Assembly (NCBI RefSeq): GCF_009914755.1
Contig: NC_060929.1
Strand: one strand, 5' to 3'
DNA: 64,000 nt
Origin: the human T2T-CHM13v2.0 reference genome, Homo sapiens
In this document: positions 1 through 12,782 of the stretch, piece after piece
Position numbering within the stretch: the stretch's first letter is position 1
Layout: each line of letters opens with the position of its first letter
Notes under the pieces: generated by a model
Told to the model about the DNA's origin: nothing
Seen by the model: the letters and a program-made list of their open reading frames with translations, nothing else
Database searches by the model: none
Made by a program: the position numbers and the translations under genes

Positions 1-84
1 TCTCAGGTCATCCTGAGTTCACTAGACCTGGAATGGAGCATGGTGCTTATTCTCACTGTTGAGTTAGAAGTGTAATAACTAGTC

Positions 85-584
85 TGTTAGATGGTGCCCA
101 GTGGGCCACATGTCTTAGTATGTATCCTTTTCTCTTCTCTCCCGCATTGAACCTGGACTGGACCTGTGACTCTCTTTAACCAACAGAACTTGGCAGAATC
201 TAGTGCTGGTCCTGGAGCTAAGTCTTGAGAAGACCTGGAGGCTTCCACTTCTGCGCTTTTGGAAATTCTGAGCTTCCGTGTTAGAAGAGTTGCTACCCTT
301 CTGGAGATACTACATGGAAAGACCTCATGAAGAGGCCATATGGAAAGGGAGAAGCCTTGTCCAACCATCTCCACCAAGGTCCCAGGCATATGAGAGAGCC
401 AACTTGGACAGTCTGGTCCTGTTGAGCCCCCAGATGCCCACAGTCTCAGTTGACAACATGTGGAGCAGAAGAACTGCCCAGATGAGCCCAGCCAACCCAG
501 TGAATCATGAGAATAAGGAAATGGTTTTTGCTTAAAGCTTTTGCTTTGAAGTGGTTCCTTATGCAGCAGTAGATATCTGAAACA
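85..584 (+). mobile_element. MaLR solo LTR, MLT1G/H-like
   Basis: MLT1 hallmarks: GGACCTGTGACTCTCTTTAACCAACAGAA, AGAAGAACTGCCCAGATGAGCCCAGCC and a 3' end GCAGCAGTAGATATCTGAAACA. Subfamily is from recall. Confidence 0.75.
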
Positions 585-1119
585 GGGGGCATTGATTAGG
601 TATGTGGTCTTCTTTAATTATTCATTTCACTGAACTCCACTTCCAGGCATTTAGTATATTCTTCTGTGGGTTGATATTAGCTATTGAATGCAAAACCCCT
701 CTAGTTCACAATCAGCACAAGTCTTTGATTTTTTTTTTTGAAAGGTGAACTCATTTGACGGCCCTTATCAATATTTGAAGCCCAGAAAAGCACATACATA
801 ACAAAACCAGAGCTTCAGGCTATAAATGGAATTGGCTCGATTCTTCTTGCTCTTTTCTGCATCTTGCTCTTTTCTGCATCAGCCTTAGCATGGCACCATT
901 AGTGATCCATGAGATAGCTGTTTAGGGCCCTGAAATAGATTGATCTGAAGTTCCCTTGGCAAGGAATAAAGACAATAATAGGTAGAAGGTTGAAGAAGTT
1001 TTAATTTAGAGAAATTTTACGAAGTAAGAAGGAAAATAAAAGAAAGCCACCAAATTGAATAATTTCCATCGTGTTTAAAGATGCTAATTCAACCCACTGG
1101 CACCAGGGAATGAATCTTA

Positions 1120-1545
1120 TCTTGTGTTGACATTCCTCCTTACATAAAGTAGATTTGTCACTGGGAAGCAGCTGTCTGGCCAGGAACTGTGTCTCCCAGC
1201 ACCCTCTGCATCTAGGTGTGGACATATGACTAGTACTTACCAATGGAATGTCAGCGGAAGTGACGTGTCACAATGAGCCATGGCTTTTAAGAAGTCATTA
1301 TTTCTTTTCCATGTTCCCTTTCCCATTACGCTGGCTGGATATAAGTGACATCAAGGCCCTAGGGGATGGCAGAACTCCCAGATGGAAGAAAGCTGGATGT
1401 CTGAGTCATGGCAAGGAGAGCCATTCACCAACTAGGAAACCACGTAGAAATATTCCACAGGAGAAATAAACTTTTGTTGTATTTGAGCATTTCAAAACTT
1501 GAGGTTTATTTGTTGTAGCAGCTAGCATTTCCCTAATGAATATAG
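1120..1545 (+). mobile_element. MaLR solo LTR, MLT1J-like
   Basis: CCAATGGAATGTCAGCGGAAGTGACGTGTC, GCCCTAGGGGATGGCAGA...AGATGGAAGAAAGCTGG, GAGAAATAAACTTTTGTTGT and TTTGTTGTAGCAGCTAGC are MLT1J-type motifs. Confidence 0.75.
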
Positions 1546-1624
1546 TTGTTCACTTATTTGAAAATTCACATAGATTTTTCATAGAGGAGATCATTACTAG
1601 TTCTCAAATTATGGGGGAAGTTCA

Positions 1625-1975
1625 TTCATTTTCCTTCACCTCTGTTCTTACATCTATAAAATAGGGCTAATGCTCTGTATCTCCAAGGATTGTTCTCATA
1701 CCAAATGAGATACTATTGTATTCACAATAAATGAGATACTATAGCATCTCATTTATTGAACATTACCATAAACCAGGCCCTATACAAAGCACTTTACTTA
1801 CCTTATCTCATTGAATCATCCCAATAACCCTATGAAGTAATTTCAATTAGCCTCCATATTTCACACATGAGAAAACAGAAGCTTAGAGAAGTTAAGTACT
1901 TGTCCCATGTTACACAGCTAGTCATGGCAAAGCTAGTAATTGAACACAGGCAGCCTGACTTCAGAGGCCACATGC
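1625..1975. mobile_element. Two MIR SINE fragments in opposite orientation (+ about 1625-1720, - about 1748-1975)
   Basis: MIR core on + (CATCTATAAAATAGGG...AAATGAGATA) and on - (GAGAAAACAGAAGCTTAGAGAAGTTAAGTACTTGTCCCATGTTACACAGCTAGT). Confidence 0.75.
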
Positions 1976-3254
1976 CCAGCACCAGTCCTCTCTGACTAGG
2001 ACAATATAGAGCACCCAGCATGGAGCCTGATACATAATAAATGAACAATAAACACAAATTTTATTTTCCCTCCACTTTAAAGAAAGAGACAATACGAAAC
2101 CTAAGTGTAAACATACACATTTTTGGTTAAGTGCACAAAATACACACATACACAAATTTACACAACCTTCACTTTATTCACAGATATTCAGCTAGTATGT
2201 TTAAACTAGAAGTAAAACTAGAATTTCCTGGAGTTCATGGACAGCACTGCTGTACAACATACATATGTCATCTCAACCAACAAGGTTATTTTGTGCTCAT
2301 AGCCCAGCTGCAGCTGCATGCTTCAAAGAAGCAGCAAGAACACTGAAGAAATGAATCCCAACATGACTAATGCATTTTAAAGTTGCTTGTGAAACATTCA
2401 TGTTATTGATCTGCTGCAGGAAAACTGACAGAAAATCTAGCTCAGGGATGGACATTACTGCAGGAAGTGCAGGAACGCTGGGTCCCTAAAGTCTTTCTCA
2501 TTTCATTTAATATACCACATATTTCTTGAAGCAAACTAGTTTAAACACCTAGTCTGAAGTATATCTTAGAAATAGACTGAAATTGATAGTTTTGGTCATG
2601 CAGCACTTTGTATACCTGAAGTACATTTTAAAAAATTACAAAACCATAATGGGAATGCTAGTGCTTTCTCTAAAGTCCTATCAACTATTATTAGATTGTC
2701 TATAGAACCCAAGCTCAGAGTGCTTTTTCAAAGAAGGTGCAGCAATTCTCCCCATTCTAATTGCCATACCAAGAGTAATCTGTCTTCTGGGCTTTGGAGC
2801 TGCTGAACCACTTTATTCTTTTGCCTGAAGTTTCATCAAGGCAATATGCTTAATCGATGTTTGCTGATGTTTATGGTCTAATGCCTACTGACAGCAGGTG
2901 CAAAAAGAAAAAAAACGCAGTGAATCCCCATTTGCATAAAAACCTTCCTTAAATTCACCAGCATGCTGTTTTGCTGTAATTTAGTAGACAGGTGATTTTT
3001 CATGGCACCTTCATGAGTTGCTTTCTCCCCTGTCGCTGGCTCCATTTCTCTACCTGCTGTTCCCAGAAGCTGTGGTCTTATTTATGCCACATGTGGTAGC
3101 CCCTTTCAGACTGTCTACTCGGCTCGTTGATCAACTCTCCTTAGTGCTTGATTTTCATATTCTGGTCCAGGAAACAGAGTCTATCCCTGAGTAACTTAGA
3201 AGCTGTTGCTAACTTATGTGTTAAGCCATGCCAAAGGTGGGCTATGGGATTGTA

Positions 3255-5629
3255 CAGGCATACCTCAGAGATAGGCGTGTTTGGTTCCAGACCACCACAA
3301 TAAAGTGAGTCACCTGAATTTTTTTGTTTCCCAGCACATATAAAAATTATGTTTACATTATATTGTAGTTTATTAAGTGTACAATAGCATTATGTCCAAA
3401 AATATATATTTACACCTTAATTTAAAATACTTTACTGATTAAAAAATGCTAACAATCTGAGCCTTCAGTGAGTCATAATCTTTTTGCCAGTGAGGGGTCT
3501 TGTCTCCACATTGATGGCTGCTGACTGATCAGGGTGATGTTGCTGAAGATTGGTGTAGCTGTGCCGATTTCTTAAAATAAGAAAACAAGAAAGTTTGCCA
3601 CACCAGTTGGCTCTTCTTTTCATGAAATATTTCTCTGTAGTATGTGATGCTGTTTGATAACATTTTACCCACAATAGAATTTTTTCAAAACTGGAGTCAA
3701 TCTCTTCAAACGCTGCCACTGCTTTTTCAACTAAGTTTAGATAATATTCTGATTCCTTTGTTGTCATCTCAACAATGTGCACAGAATCTTCACCAGGAGT
3801 AGATTCCATCTCAAGACACCATTTTCTTTGCTCATCCATAAGAAGTAACTCCTCATCTATTGAAGTTTGGTCATGAGATTGCAGCAATTCAGTCACATCT
3901 TCAGGCTCCACTTCTCATTCTTGTTCTCTTGCTATTTCCACTGCATCTGCAGTTACTTCCTCTACTGGTCTTGGCTCCTCACAGTCATCCACAAGGACAG
4001 AAATCAACTTCTTCCAAGCTCCTGTTAGTGTTGATATTTTGACCTCCTCGCATGAATCATGCATGTTCTTAATGACATCTAGAATGGTGAATCCTTTCCA
4101 AAAGGTTTTCAATGTACTTTGCCAAGATTCATCAGTGGGATCACTACTTGTGGCAGCTATAACCTTACAAAATGTATTTCTTAAGTAATAAGACTTGAAA
4201 GTTGAAATTTCTCCTTTCAACTGGGCTACAGAACGGTTGCTGTGTTGGCAGTCTTCAAAAAAACATTAGTCGCTTTGTACATCTCTATCAGGGCTCTTGG
4301 GTGACCAGGTGCATTGTCAATGAGAAGTAATATTTTGAAAGAAATCTTTTTTTCTGAGCACTAGGCTCAACATGGACTTAAAATAGTCAGTAAACCATGC
4401 TGTAAACAGATGTGCTGTCATCCAGGCCCTGTTGTTCCATTTATAGGGCACAGGCAGAGTAGATTCAGCATAATTCTTAAGGGCCCTACGATTTTCAGAA
4501 TGGATTTTCAGAATGGTAAATTGGCTTCAGCTTAATGTCACCAGCTGCATTACTCTCTTAACAGGAGAGTAAGCCTGTCTTTTGAAGCCAAGCATTTACT
4601 TCTCTCTAGCTATGAAAATTTTAGATGGCATCTTCTTCCATTAAAAGGTTATTTCATTTACACTGAAAATGTCTTTAGCGGTAGCCACCTTCATCAATGA
4701 TCTCAGCTAGATCTTCTGGATAACTTGCTGCACCTTCTACATCAGCCCTTGTTGCTTTACCTTGCACTTTTATGTTGTGGCGACAGCTTCTTTCCTTAAA
4801 CCTCATGAACCAAGCTCTGCTAGCTTCCAACTTTTCTTCTGCAGTTTCCTCACCTCTCTCAGCCTACATTGAACTGAAGAATGTTAGGGCCTTGCTTGGG
4901 TTAGGCTTTGGCTTAATGGAATATTGTGGCTGGTTTAATCAGGTTTCCGGAGTACTCAAACTTTCTCCATCTTAGCAATAAGCCAGTTTCACTTTCTTAT
5001 ATCGCATGTGTTCACTGGAGTGGCACTTTTAACTTCCTTCACGAACTTTTCCTTTGCATTCACAACTTGGCTAACTGGCACAGAGGCCTAGTTTTTGGCC
5101 TAGCCCAGCTTGCTACGTGCCTTCCTCATCAAGCTTCATTGTTTCTAGCTTTTGATTTAAAGTGACAGATATACGACTCTTCCTTTCACTTGAACACTTA
5201 GAGGACATTGTAGGGTTATCAACTGTCCTAATTTTAATATTGTATCTCAGGGAATAGGGAGGCCTGAAGAAAGGGGGAGAGATGGGGAAACAGGAGACAG
5301 ACAGGGAAGCATACACAGCATTTATCAACTAAGTTAGTTCACTATCTTTGGCGCTTGGTTTAAGGCAGTCCAAAAATATTACAACAGTAAAATCAAAGGT
5401 CCCTGATCATAGATCACCATAACACATATAATAACAATGAAAAAATGTGAAATATGCCAAGAATTACCAAAATGTGACACAGACACGAAGTGAGCACATG
5501 CTGTTGGAAAAATGGTGCCAACAACTAGATGCAAGGTTGCCACAAACCTTCAATTTGTTAAAAAAAAAAAGTGATATCTGCAAAGCACAATAAAATAAAA
5601 ATGAAGCACAATAAAGCAAGGTATGCCTG
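3255..5629 (-). mobile_element. Tigger1 DNA transposon (TcMar-Tigger), near full length (2375 bp), transposase disrupted
   Basis: TIRs CAGGCATACCT...AGGTATGCCTG flanked by TA TSDs (3253-54, 5630-31). Minus-strand ORF pieces match the Tigger1/TIGD1 transposase: MSSKCSSERKSRISVTLNQKLE (5113-5328), FKSYYLRNTFCK...LKTFWKGFTILD (3915-4220), [15 protein letters not shown] (3465-3911). Confidence 0.95.
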
Positions 5630-7537
5630 TATCTTTTCGGAGACCTCAGAATAGCTTCACTGACCCAAACAATCTATTTCCAATGGTATACGATGGAAGG
5701 GAACTTAACCTAGGGAAGTCCATTAACCTTAATGATAGTCACTTAGCTAATTACCCTTCAATGTGCATCTAACTATAGCCTTGTCCTCATTATTATTTAT
5801 TTATTTATTTGCTGAAGCAAGGGAGATGAGTGGCTCACCTTTCTGCTCCCCATTAGGGAAGGGTAGCTGTTAAACTGAAGACAGTGTACAGTGCTTCAGG
5901 CAGGCATTTTTTCACTTTGGCTTCTTTATTTCAGTTGACCTTAGATTCTTTTAGGCTAAGGTGACTGTATTATCCATTTCTGTTAAAGGAGGAAAAAGGA
6001 GAAGAGCTTGGCCTCTTGGAAAAACTCTTATTGATTCTCTGGGTTATTAGTGTTTCCATGTCTACTCCTGTCCTGCCAATATGCAGGGTTGCATTGAAGA
6101 TCATGCAAACTTGAACGTCGGTTTTAAACATTAAAGTAGTATTCAAAGTCAAGGCATTACTTGATCATGCAGAACTGTTAAAATTTTGGTAGCACCATGC
6201 ATTGACAGCAGACTGCTTTCAATCTCAGGGAGCTACAATTAAGGCAGCAAAATAGAACCACAACATTAATGACTGTTTAGTTTGCTCTTTCTTGAGACGG
6301 GGAAAAACACACCAACTGCCTTAAACAGAAGCACTTCACAGACTCCCTGAGGACATGATACACATTTGAAAACAACTGAGCTGTGAATGCACCACTGCTT
6401 GTCCACTTGTGTGGCTTCTCCCTCTACCACACATTATTTCTAAAACACTATAGGAAGATCTTGCTAAATCAGCTTTAAAAAATAATTTGTAAAAAAGAAA
6501 AAGAGATGGGGGTGGAAACCAAGTCCTTCAGGGGGTTCAAAGGCTAGGCACAGAACGACAAGGAAAGAGGATTAAACAAAGTCATGCGAGAGAAATCTCA
6601 AAACAAGATGCTTCAGAACCAATAGAAATTCAAGATCAATTGTGTCAGCAGATCAAAGACAAAACCCAGCATAGTGAAGAGTATTAACTATCACCAGGGG
6701 AGACTCATCCTACTTACTAGAGTGAAACAGACACTTTGTTCCTTTAAGGTGATAAGACTGGCTTTTGAGTAAAGATCAACCAAACTGAGCAAAGCAGTTA
6801 CATTTTCCCAGAAGACTGTGGTTAGGAACTGAAGAAAAGGTAAATTCGCTTTATAAAAAGCATTCTAGACAGCTTAGTTACCAGAAAATTTAGAGGCAAC
6901 AGTTCGGCCTCCCTGTTAGAGGAGCTATTGTATCTAAACAGGGTCTGCATCCCCTTGGCAGGTATTTTGTAGGAAGATTTCCTCTGACTGTGCTTTAGTG
7001 AGTGACCCTTGCTGTTTATCTGGCAGGTACGCAAAAAACCTGTTCCTCAATTTTAATTTAGCAGACTTAAATAAATGTATTGTTGGCTAAGAATCAGGAG
7101 CATGGCGTGATGGTAACAGTCAAGGTAGAAAGACTTGGCAGGAACTACTGGACAGATTTGTCCAGACTCTATTTAGAGACCTGCAGGAGATGGAAAGTGA
7201 TAGCCTGCCAGTGCTCTGTCTAGCTACCAGGAGTCTGTATTCATCCCAGTACTGGAATACTTAAAACAATGCTTGAAATGAACCATACTGTTCATGCAGT
7301 GCCAATGATGTGCATACCTAGAAAAAGAAAAAGGTAACCAAGTATAACTAAAACTGAAGTCTTCTGAATGTCTTTTTGGTTAAGATAAGAAAGAGTGCTC
7401 TCTTACCAAGATATGATAAGTACCCATATTCCTGATGGCCCATAGTCAATAGTAAAATAATTCTCAATTCTAAGGAGCAGATGGTGTAAACAGAGATAAA
7501 GTATCATGAATGGCAAGTGTGATTAAGCAAATGATTC

Positions 7538-7609
7538 AAAATGCAACGGAACTGTCATATAGTGGTTATCAATGTTGATATTCACTATATAGCAGTTCCA
7601 TTGCATTTT
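7538..7609. repeat. 72-bp imperfect palindrome (hairpin)
   Basis: Arms 7538-7572 and 7575-7609 give 30 Watson-Crick pairs, 2 G-T pairs and 3 mismatches when paired by hand. Confidence 0.9.
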
Positions 7610-9181
7610 CTAATAGATGAAGATAGAGAAATGGGACAATTTGGCTATTAATTGAATATTTGTGTGGGCTGGGAAATTATTGTTATTGTGAAGTAAACTA
7701 TCATTGCCATGGGATACATGAGAAAATGGAACCACGGAGGAGTAAGTTCAGCCGATTTGTTCTAAGGAATGGGTAGGTGTGTCTGGAATGATAATCCAGT
7801 TTCGGATTTGTTGATTACCTCATTGTAACATAGTGCCTACCACTGCTAAGTCCATGTCAGGAATGTTTATCACAGACACAGTCTCATAAGTTCATAAATA
7901 GGTTGATTTGGAAAATTATCTCTGTGAGATTCCAGACAGATTGTCCTTCCTGGTCCCCTCCCCAGATCTCTCAGTTGATAGAGTTTAAGCAGAGGTTGGA
8001 TGAAAAACCTTAAGATTTCTGATTAAACTTGGCATTCACGTTAATTTCTTTGGCTTGAATTATCACTTGGAACAATTTCTTTGATAGAGTTTGTATTCCA
8101 CTCAGAGCAAAGCGTCTAACATACTTCTTACCTGTTGAATGAAGACGCCAAGAAGATTAAATGAACTGATAAGCTAATTTACTTACTCTCAAAGTATTTT
8201 TAAATCTCCCAGTTGGATTGTGGATGCATCCACTGCTTCTTGAAGTGCTTTACATTTTTGCTCTATATTCTAAGACTATATTATTACATGTGAACAAATT
8301 GAGTGAGCCTGCGCCTCCAGACTGTGAACTTCACAAGCGCTTCTCAGTGCCCGCTGTGGGACAGGACAGCTAAAGCAGGCTGGAGTTAGGCATTTCTCTT
8401 CCCCCAGGTTAACTTCTGATAAAACCCCAGCAGGTTAGAGTCTGGTTAGAGTTTCTCCTGAGAGCAGGCCTTGTTAAGAACAGAGTGCTTCTGGCATATT
8501 TCCAAAGCATTCCTTTTCTCCTCCCATTACCGGAAGCATGAGGGGGATTTTCCTTTGATACTTACTATGAGAACCTGATCAAGCCCCGGGAGATAAAACT
8601 CACAAAAGTATGAGAACTTCTCTATGACTGGGTTTCTCTGGAATTGTTTTTAACTCCCAGACTTGTCCACACATAGCCTGCAGCAATTTGACAATTACAG
8701 TTCAGGATTTCCTACCCAAGGACTGGTTTCCGAGGCAGTTGCCACCAAGTCTTTGGTAAGTCTTGAGTACGCACGCACATTTAAAATATTTTTTTCTTTC
8801 TGGTGAATGGAATATTTTATCTTTATAAAGTATCCCTCTTCATCTCTAATAATGCTTTTGCCTTAAATTTTACCTTTCTAATGTAGTCACAGTATTTTTA
8901 TTTTGGTCAGTGTTTGGATTTTTTTTTCCATTGTTTTGCTTTCAATCTTTCTATATGCTGATTTTTTAATATTATCTCTTATAATCATATTTTTTTTTGT
9001 AAATTCTAGCTGCTGACCTTTGTCTTTTAATGGAAACATTCAGTTCATTGAATTGTTGCTGTCTTAGGAATTAAATCTACCATTTTATTATATTCTTGTT
9101 ATTTCCATCTTTCTTGCCATCTTTTAGATTGATTAGAGTAGGTTTTATTATTCCATTTCTCACCCTGCCCCTGGCTTGGTG

Positions 9182-10090
9182 GCTGTTCTGATTATCTGTT
9201 GTTACATAACAAACCACCCCCAAACTTAATGACTTATAACAACCATTTTAGTTTGGTCATAATTTTGTAAGTAGGGAACTCAAGGAAGGATTTGGTTGGG
9301 CAGGTGATTTCTGACCCACATGGCATGGCTGTGGAATTAACTTCTAAGATGGCTTCTTTACTCATATATCCAGGCCATGGTGCTCTTTGGCCAGTCTCTC
9401 ACTCCCTACCTTCCACTCACTCCACATTGTGACTCATCTTGTAGAGTCTCCCCACGTGGCTTGTTCTTCTCACTGCACAGCTATTTAAAATACAGTCATC
9501 CCTTGGTAGCTATTGGGGATTGTTTCTAGGACCCTCTGCATATAGCAAAATCCAAAGATACCTAAGTCCCTTTTATAAAATGACATAGTAGTATATGCAT
9601 ATATTAAGCACATCCTATCATACACTTTAAATCATCTCTAGATTATTTATAATACCTAATACAATGTAAATGCTGTGTAAATAGTTGTTATACTGTATTG
9701 GGAATAATGACCAAAAAAAGTTTTTACGTGTTCAGTACAGGAGCAACAATTTAGATTTTTTTCAAATATTTCTGATTTGCAGTTTGTTGAATCCATGGAT
9801 GTGGAACCCACAGATACAGAGGGCTGACTGTAGTCACATTTACATGAAGGCTGGCTTCCATGAGGCAGAAGTAGAAGCTGTTAGACTAGTTTATGGATTT
9901 CTTGGAATTGACACAGCATCACTTTTGTCATACTCTTTGTCATATACTTTGTCACAAAGAAGTGACAGAGGCCACCCAAATTCAGGACAGTAGAGAAATA
10001 GTCCATCTCTTTTTAGGAGAGAGGCAATATCACATTGCCAAAAAACACGTGGGAAGATGGATATTGCTGTGGCCATACATCTGCCACTGA
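9182..10090 (-). mobile_element. MLT1 (H/I-like) LTR interrupted by MER2
   Basis: Starts ...CATAACAAACCACCCCCAAACTTAATGACTTA, resumes after MER2, ends ...CATCTGCCAC. Confidence 0.7.
9493..9830. mobile_element. MER2 MITE (TcMar-Tigger)
   Basis: TA|CAGTCATCCCT...AGGGCTGACTG|TA termini; internal TTTAAATCATCTCTAGATTATTTATAATACCTAATACAATGTAAATGC. Confidence 0.9.
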
Positions 10091-11534
10091 TTATACATAT
10101 ACGAAATTATATATTTTTAAACTGTTTTTGTTTTGTTTTGCTGCTTGCCTAGGGGTGGAAACACACGTACTGACTTATTATGGTTTAGTATACATTAATA
10201 CTTTTACGTCTTACTGGCCAATGAAAAGATCTTAGAACACTTTAAATCTCTCCATTCCCACATTTATGACATTGTTTTTATGTATTTTAATTCTGCATTT
10301 AATTAGAATCACACCAGAAATTATTACCACTGTTTTATGCATCAATATTCATTTAGATTTTTCCACATATTTGCCCTTTGATTGCTTTTCATTCTTTCCT
10401 ATATCTTTGAGCTTCCAACTGGAATCATTTTCATTGTATGTCCTTTAGTGTTTCTTATAATGTGTGTCTCTCAGTCACAAATTAAGTTTGTATCTTTTTT
10501 GTATATTTCACTTTCATTTTTGAAATTCTTTTTACTGATTACAGATTTATATTTTGCAGGTATTTTGAGGATATCATTCTATCATTCTATTGTCTGTTGA
10601 CTTTCATTGTCTCTGTAGAGAAGTGTGATGTAAATCTAATTGTTGCTTTGAAGCTCCTTTGGCTGCTTTTAAGATTTTTCTTCTTTCTTTCTCTTCCTTC
10701 CTTCCTTCCTCCCTGATTGTTTGTTTGCTTGCTTGCTTTTAGTAATTTTGTCATTATATGTCTTGTGATTTTATATTGAATTATTCTGCTTGACATTTTT
10801 GGAGTTTCTTGAAAAGGAGGCTTCATGATTTTCACTATTTTTTGGAAAATTATCAGCCATTGTCTCTTTAAATATGGTTTGTGTCCTTTTCCCTTTATCT
10901 TATTCTTCTGGTACTTCCAGTACATGTATTTTAGATCTTTTTCACTGAACTCCTGTCTCTTACACTCTTTCTTATATTTTCTATCCTTTTTTGTTTTTGT
11001 GTTTCATTCTGGATATCTTCTTCTTCCGGTTCATGAATTCCCTCTTCAACTCTATCTAGTGTAAAATTAAGCATGTAATGAGTTTTTAATTTTAATTATT
11101 GTATTTTCCAAGTTCTAGATTTTACATTTTATTCTTTTAAAATATAGTATCCAGATCCAACATGGGACTATTTATAATGTCTATTATTTCTCTTGGTTTT
11201 AAATTGCATGTTCTTGTTGGTTCACGTGCCTGATTATTTTTTGCCGTCTACTGGTGATTATATATTTTAAGATATAGAAATAACTTGGACCATAAGAGGA
11301 TTTACCTTTATTCTTGGAAGGCAACAAGGGACATGGCTATTCCTTAATCTTAATATAGGGATCGATATTATTTAAAGCTAGTCTTTAGTCCCAGTGAGGG
11401 CCAGATTATTCTAGTTCACCTTTGTTTCTAAGTTAACAGCTTCTAGGGGTTCTAACAAAAATCATGAAAGTTTATTTGGGACCTTCCTCTTTCACGGTTC
11501 CTGGATTCCAATTTTTATTTACTTGATGAAGCTA

Positions 11535-11839
<305 letters not shown>

Positions 11840-12782
11840 TATATATATATATATTTTTAGTGTTTGTATATAAATATATATATATTTTTATATATTTATA
11901 TATAAAATATATTAAATATAAATATATTTTTATATATTTATATATAAAATATATTAAATATAAATATATTTTTATATATTTATATATAAAATATATTAAA
12001 TATAAATATATTTTTATATATTTATATATAAAATATATTAAATATAAATATATTTTTATATATTTATATATAAATATATTAAATATAAATATATTTTTAT
12101 ATATTTATATATAAATATATTAAATATAAATATATTTTTATATATTTATATATAAATATATTAAATATAAATATATTTTTATATATTTATATATAAATAT
12201 ATTAAATATAAATATATTTTTATATATTTATATATAAATATATTAAATATAAATATATTTTTATATATTTATATATAAATATATTAAATATAAATATATT
12301 TTTATATATTTATATATAAATATATTAAATATAAATATATTTTTATATATTTATATATAAATATATTAAATATAAATATATTTTTATATATTTATATATA
12401 AATATATTAAATATAAATATATTTTTATATATTTATATATAAATATATTTTTATATATTTATATATAAATATATTTTTATATATTTATATATAAATATAT
12501 TTTTATATATTTATATATAAATATATTTTTATATATTTATATATAAAGATATTTTTATATATTTATATATAAATATATTAAATATAAATATATTTTTATA
12601 TATTTATATATAAATATATTAAATATAAATATATTTTTATATATTTATATATAAATATATTAAATATAAATATATTTTATATATTTATATATAAAATATA
12701 TTAAATATAAATATATTTTTATATATTTATATATAAAATATATTAAATATAAATATATTTTTATATATTTTATATATATATA
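11840..12782. repeat. AT-rich minisatellite with 41/42-bp and 26-bp units
   Basis: Long unit is AAATATATTAAATAT + AAATATATTTTTATATATTTATATAT. Only one G (12548) and no C between 11867 and 12782. Confidence 0.95.

Noticed and set aside
845-878. 17-bp tandem duplication TCTTGCTCTTTTCTGCA x2 (similar small duplications near 4490, 16650 and 34816)
   Set aside because: Ordinary slippage duplications with no further structure.
3465-5328. TIGD1-like ORFs as a domesticated transposase gene
   Set aside because: The frame is broken by several stops and frameshifts inside an ordinary TIR-bounded Tigger1.
11860-12114. 84-aa ORF with KYIKYKYIFIYLYI repeats
   Set aside because: It is the translation of the 42-bp AT minisatellite unit, not a protein.
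11840-12782. Regularly spaced repeats superficially like a CRISPR array
   Set aside because: There are no unique spacers and no cas genes, and the DNA is eukaryotic. It is a tandem minisatellite.
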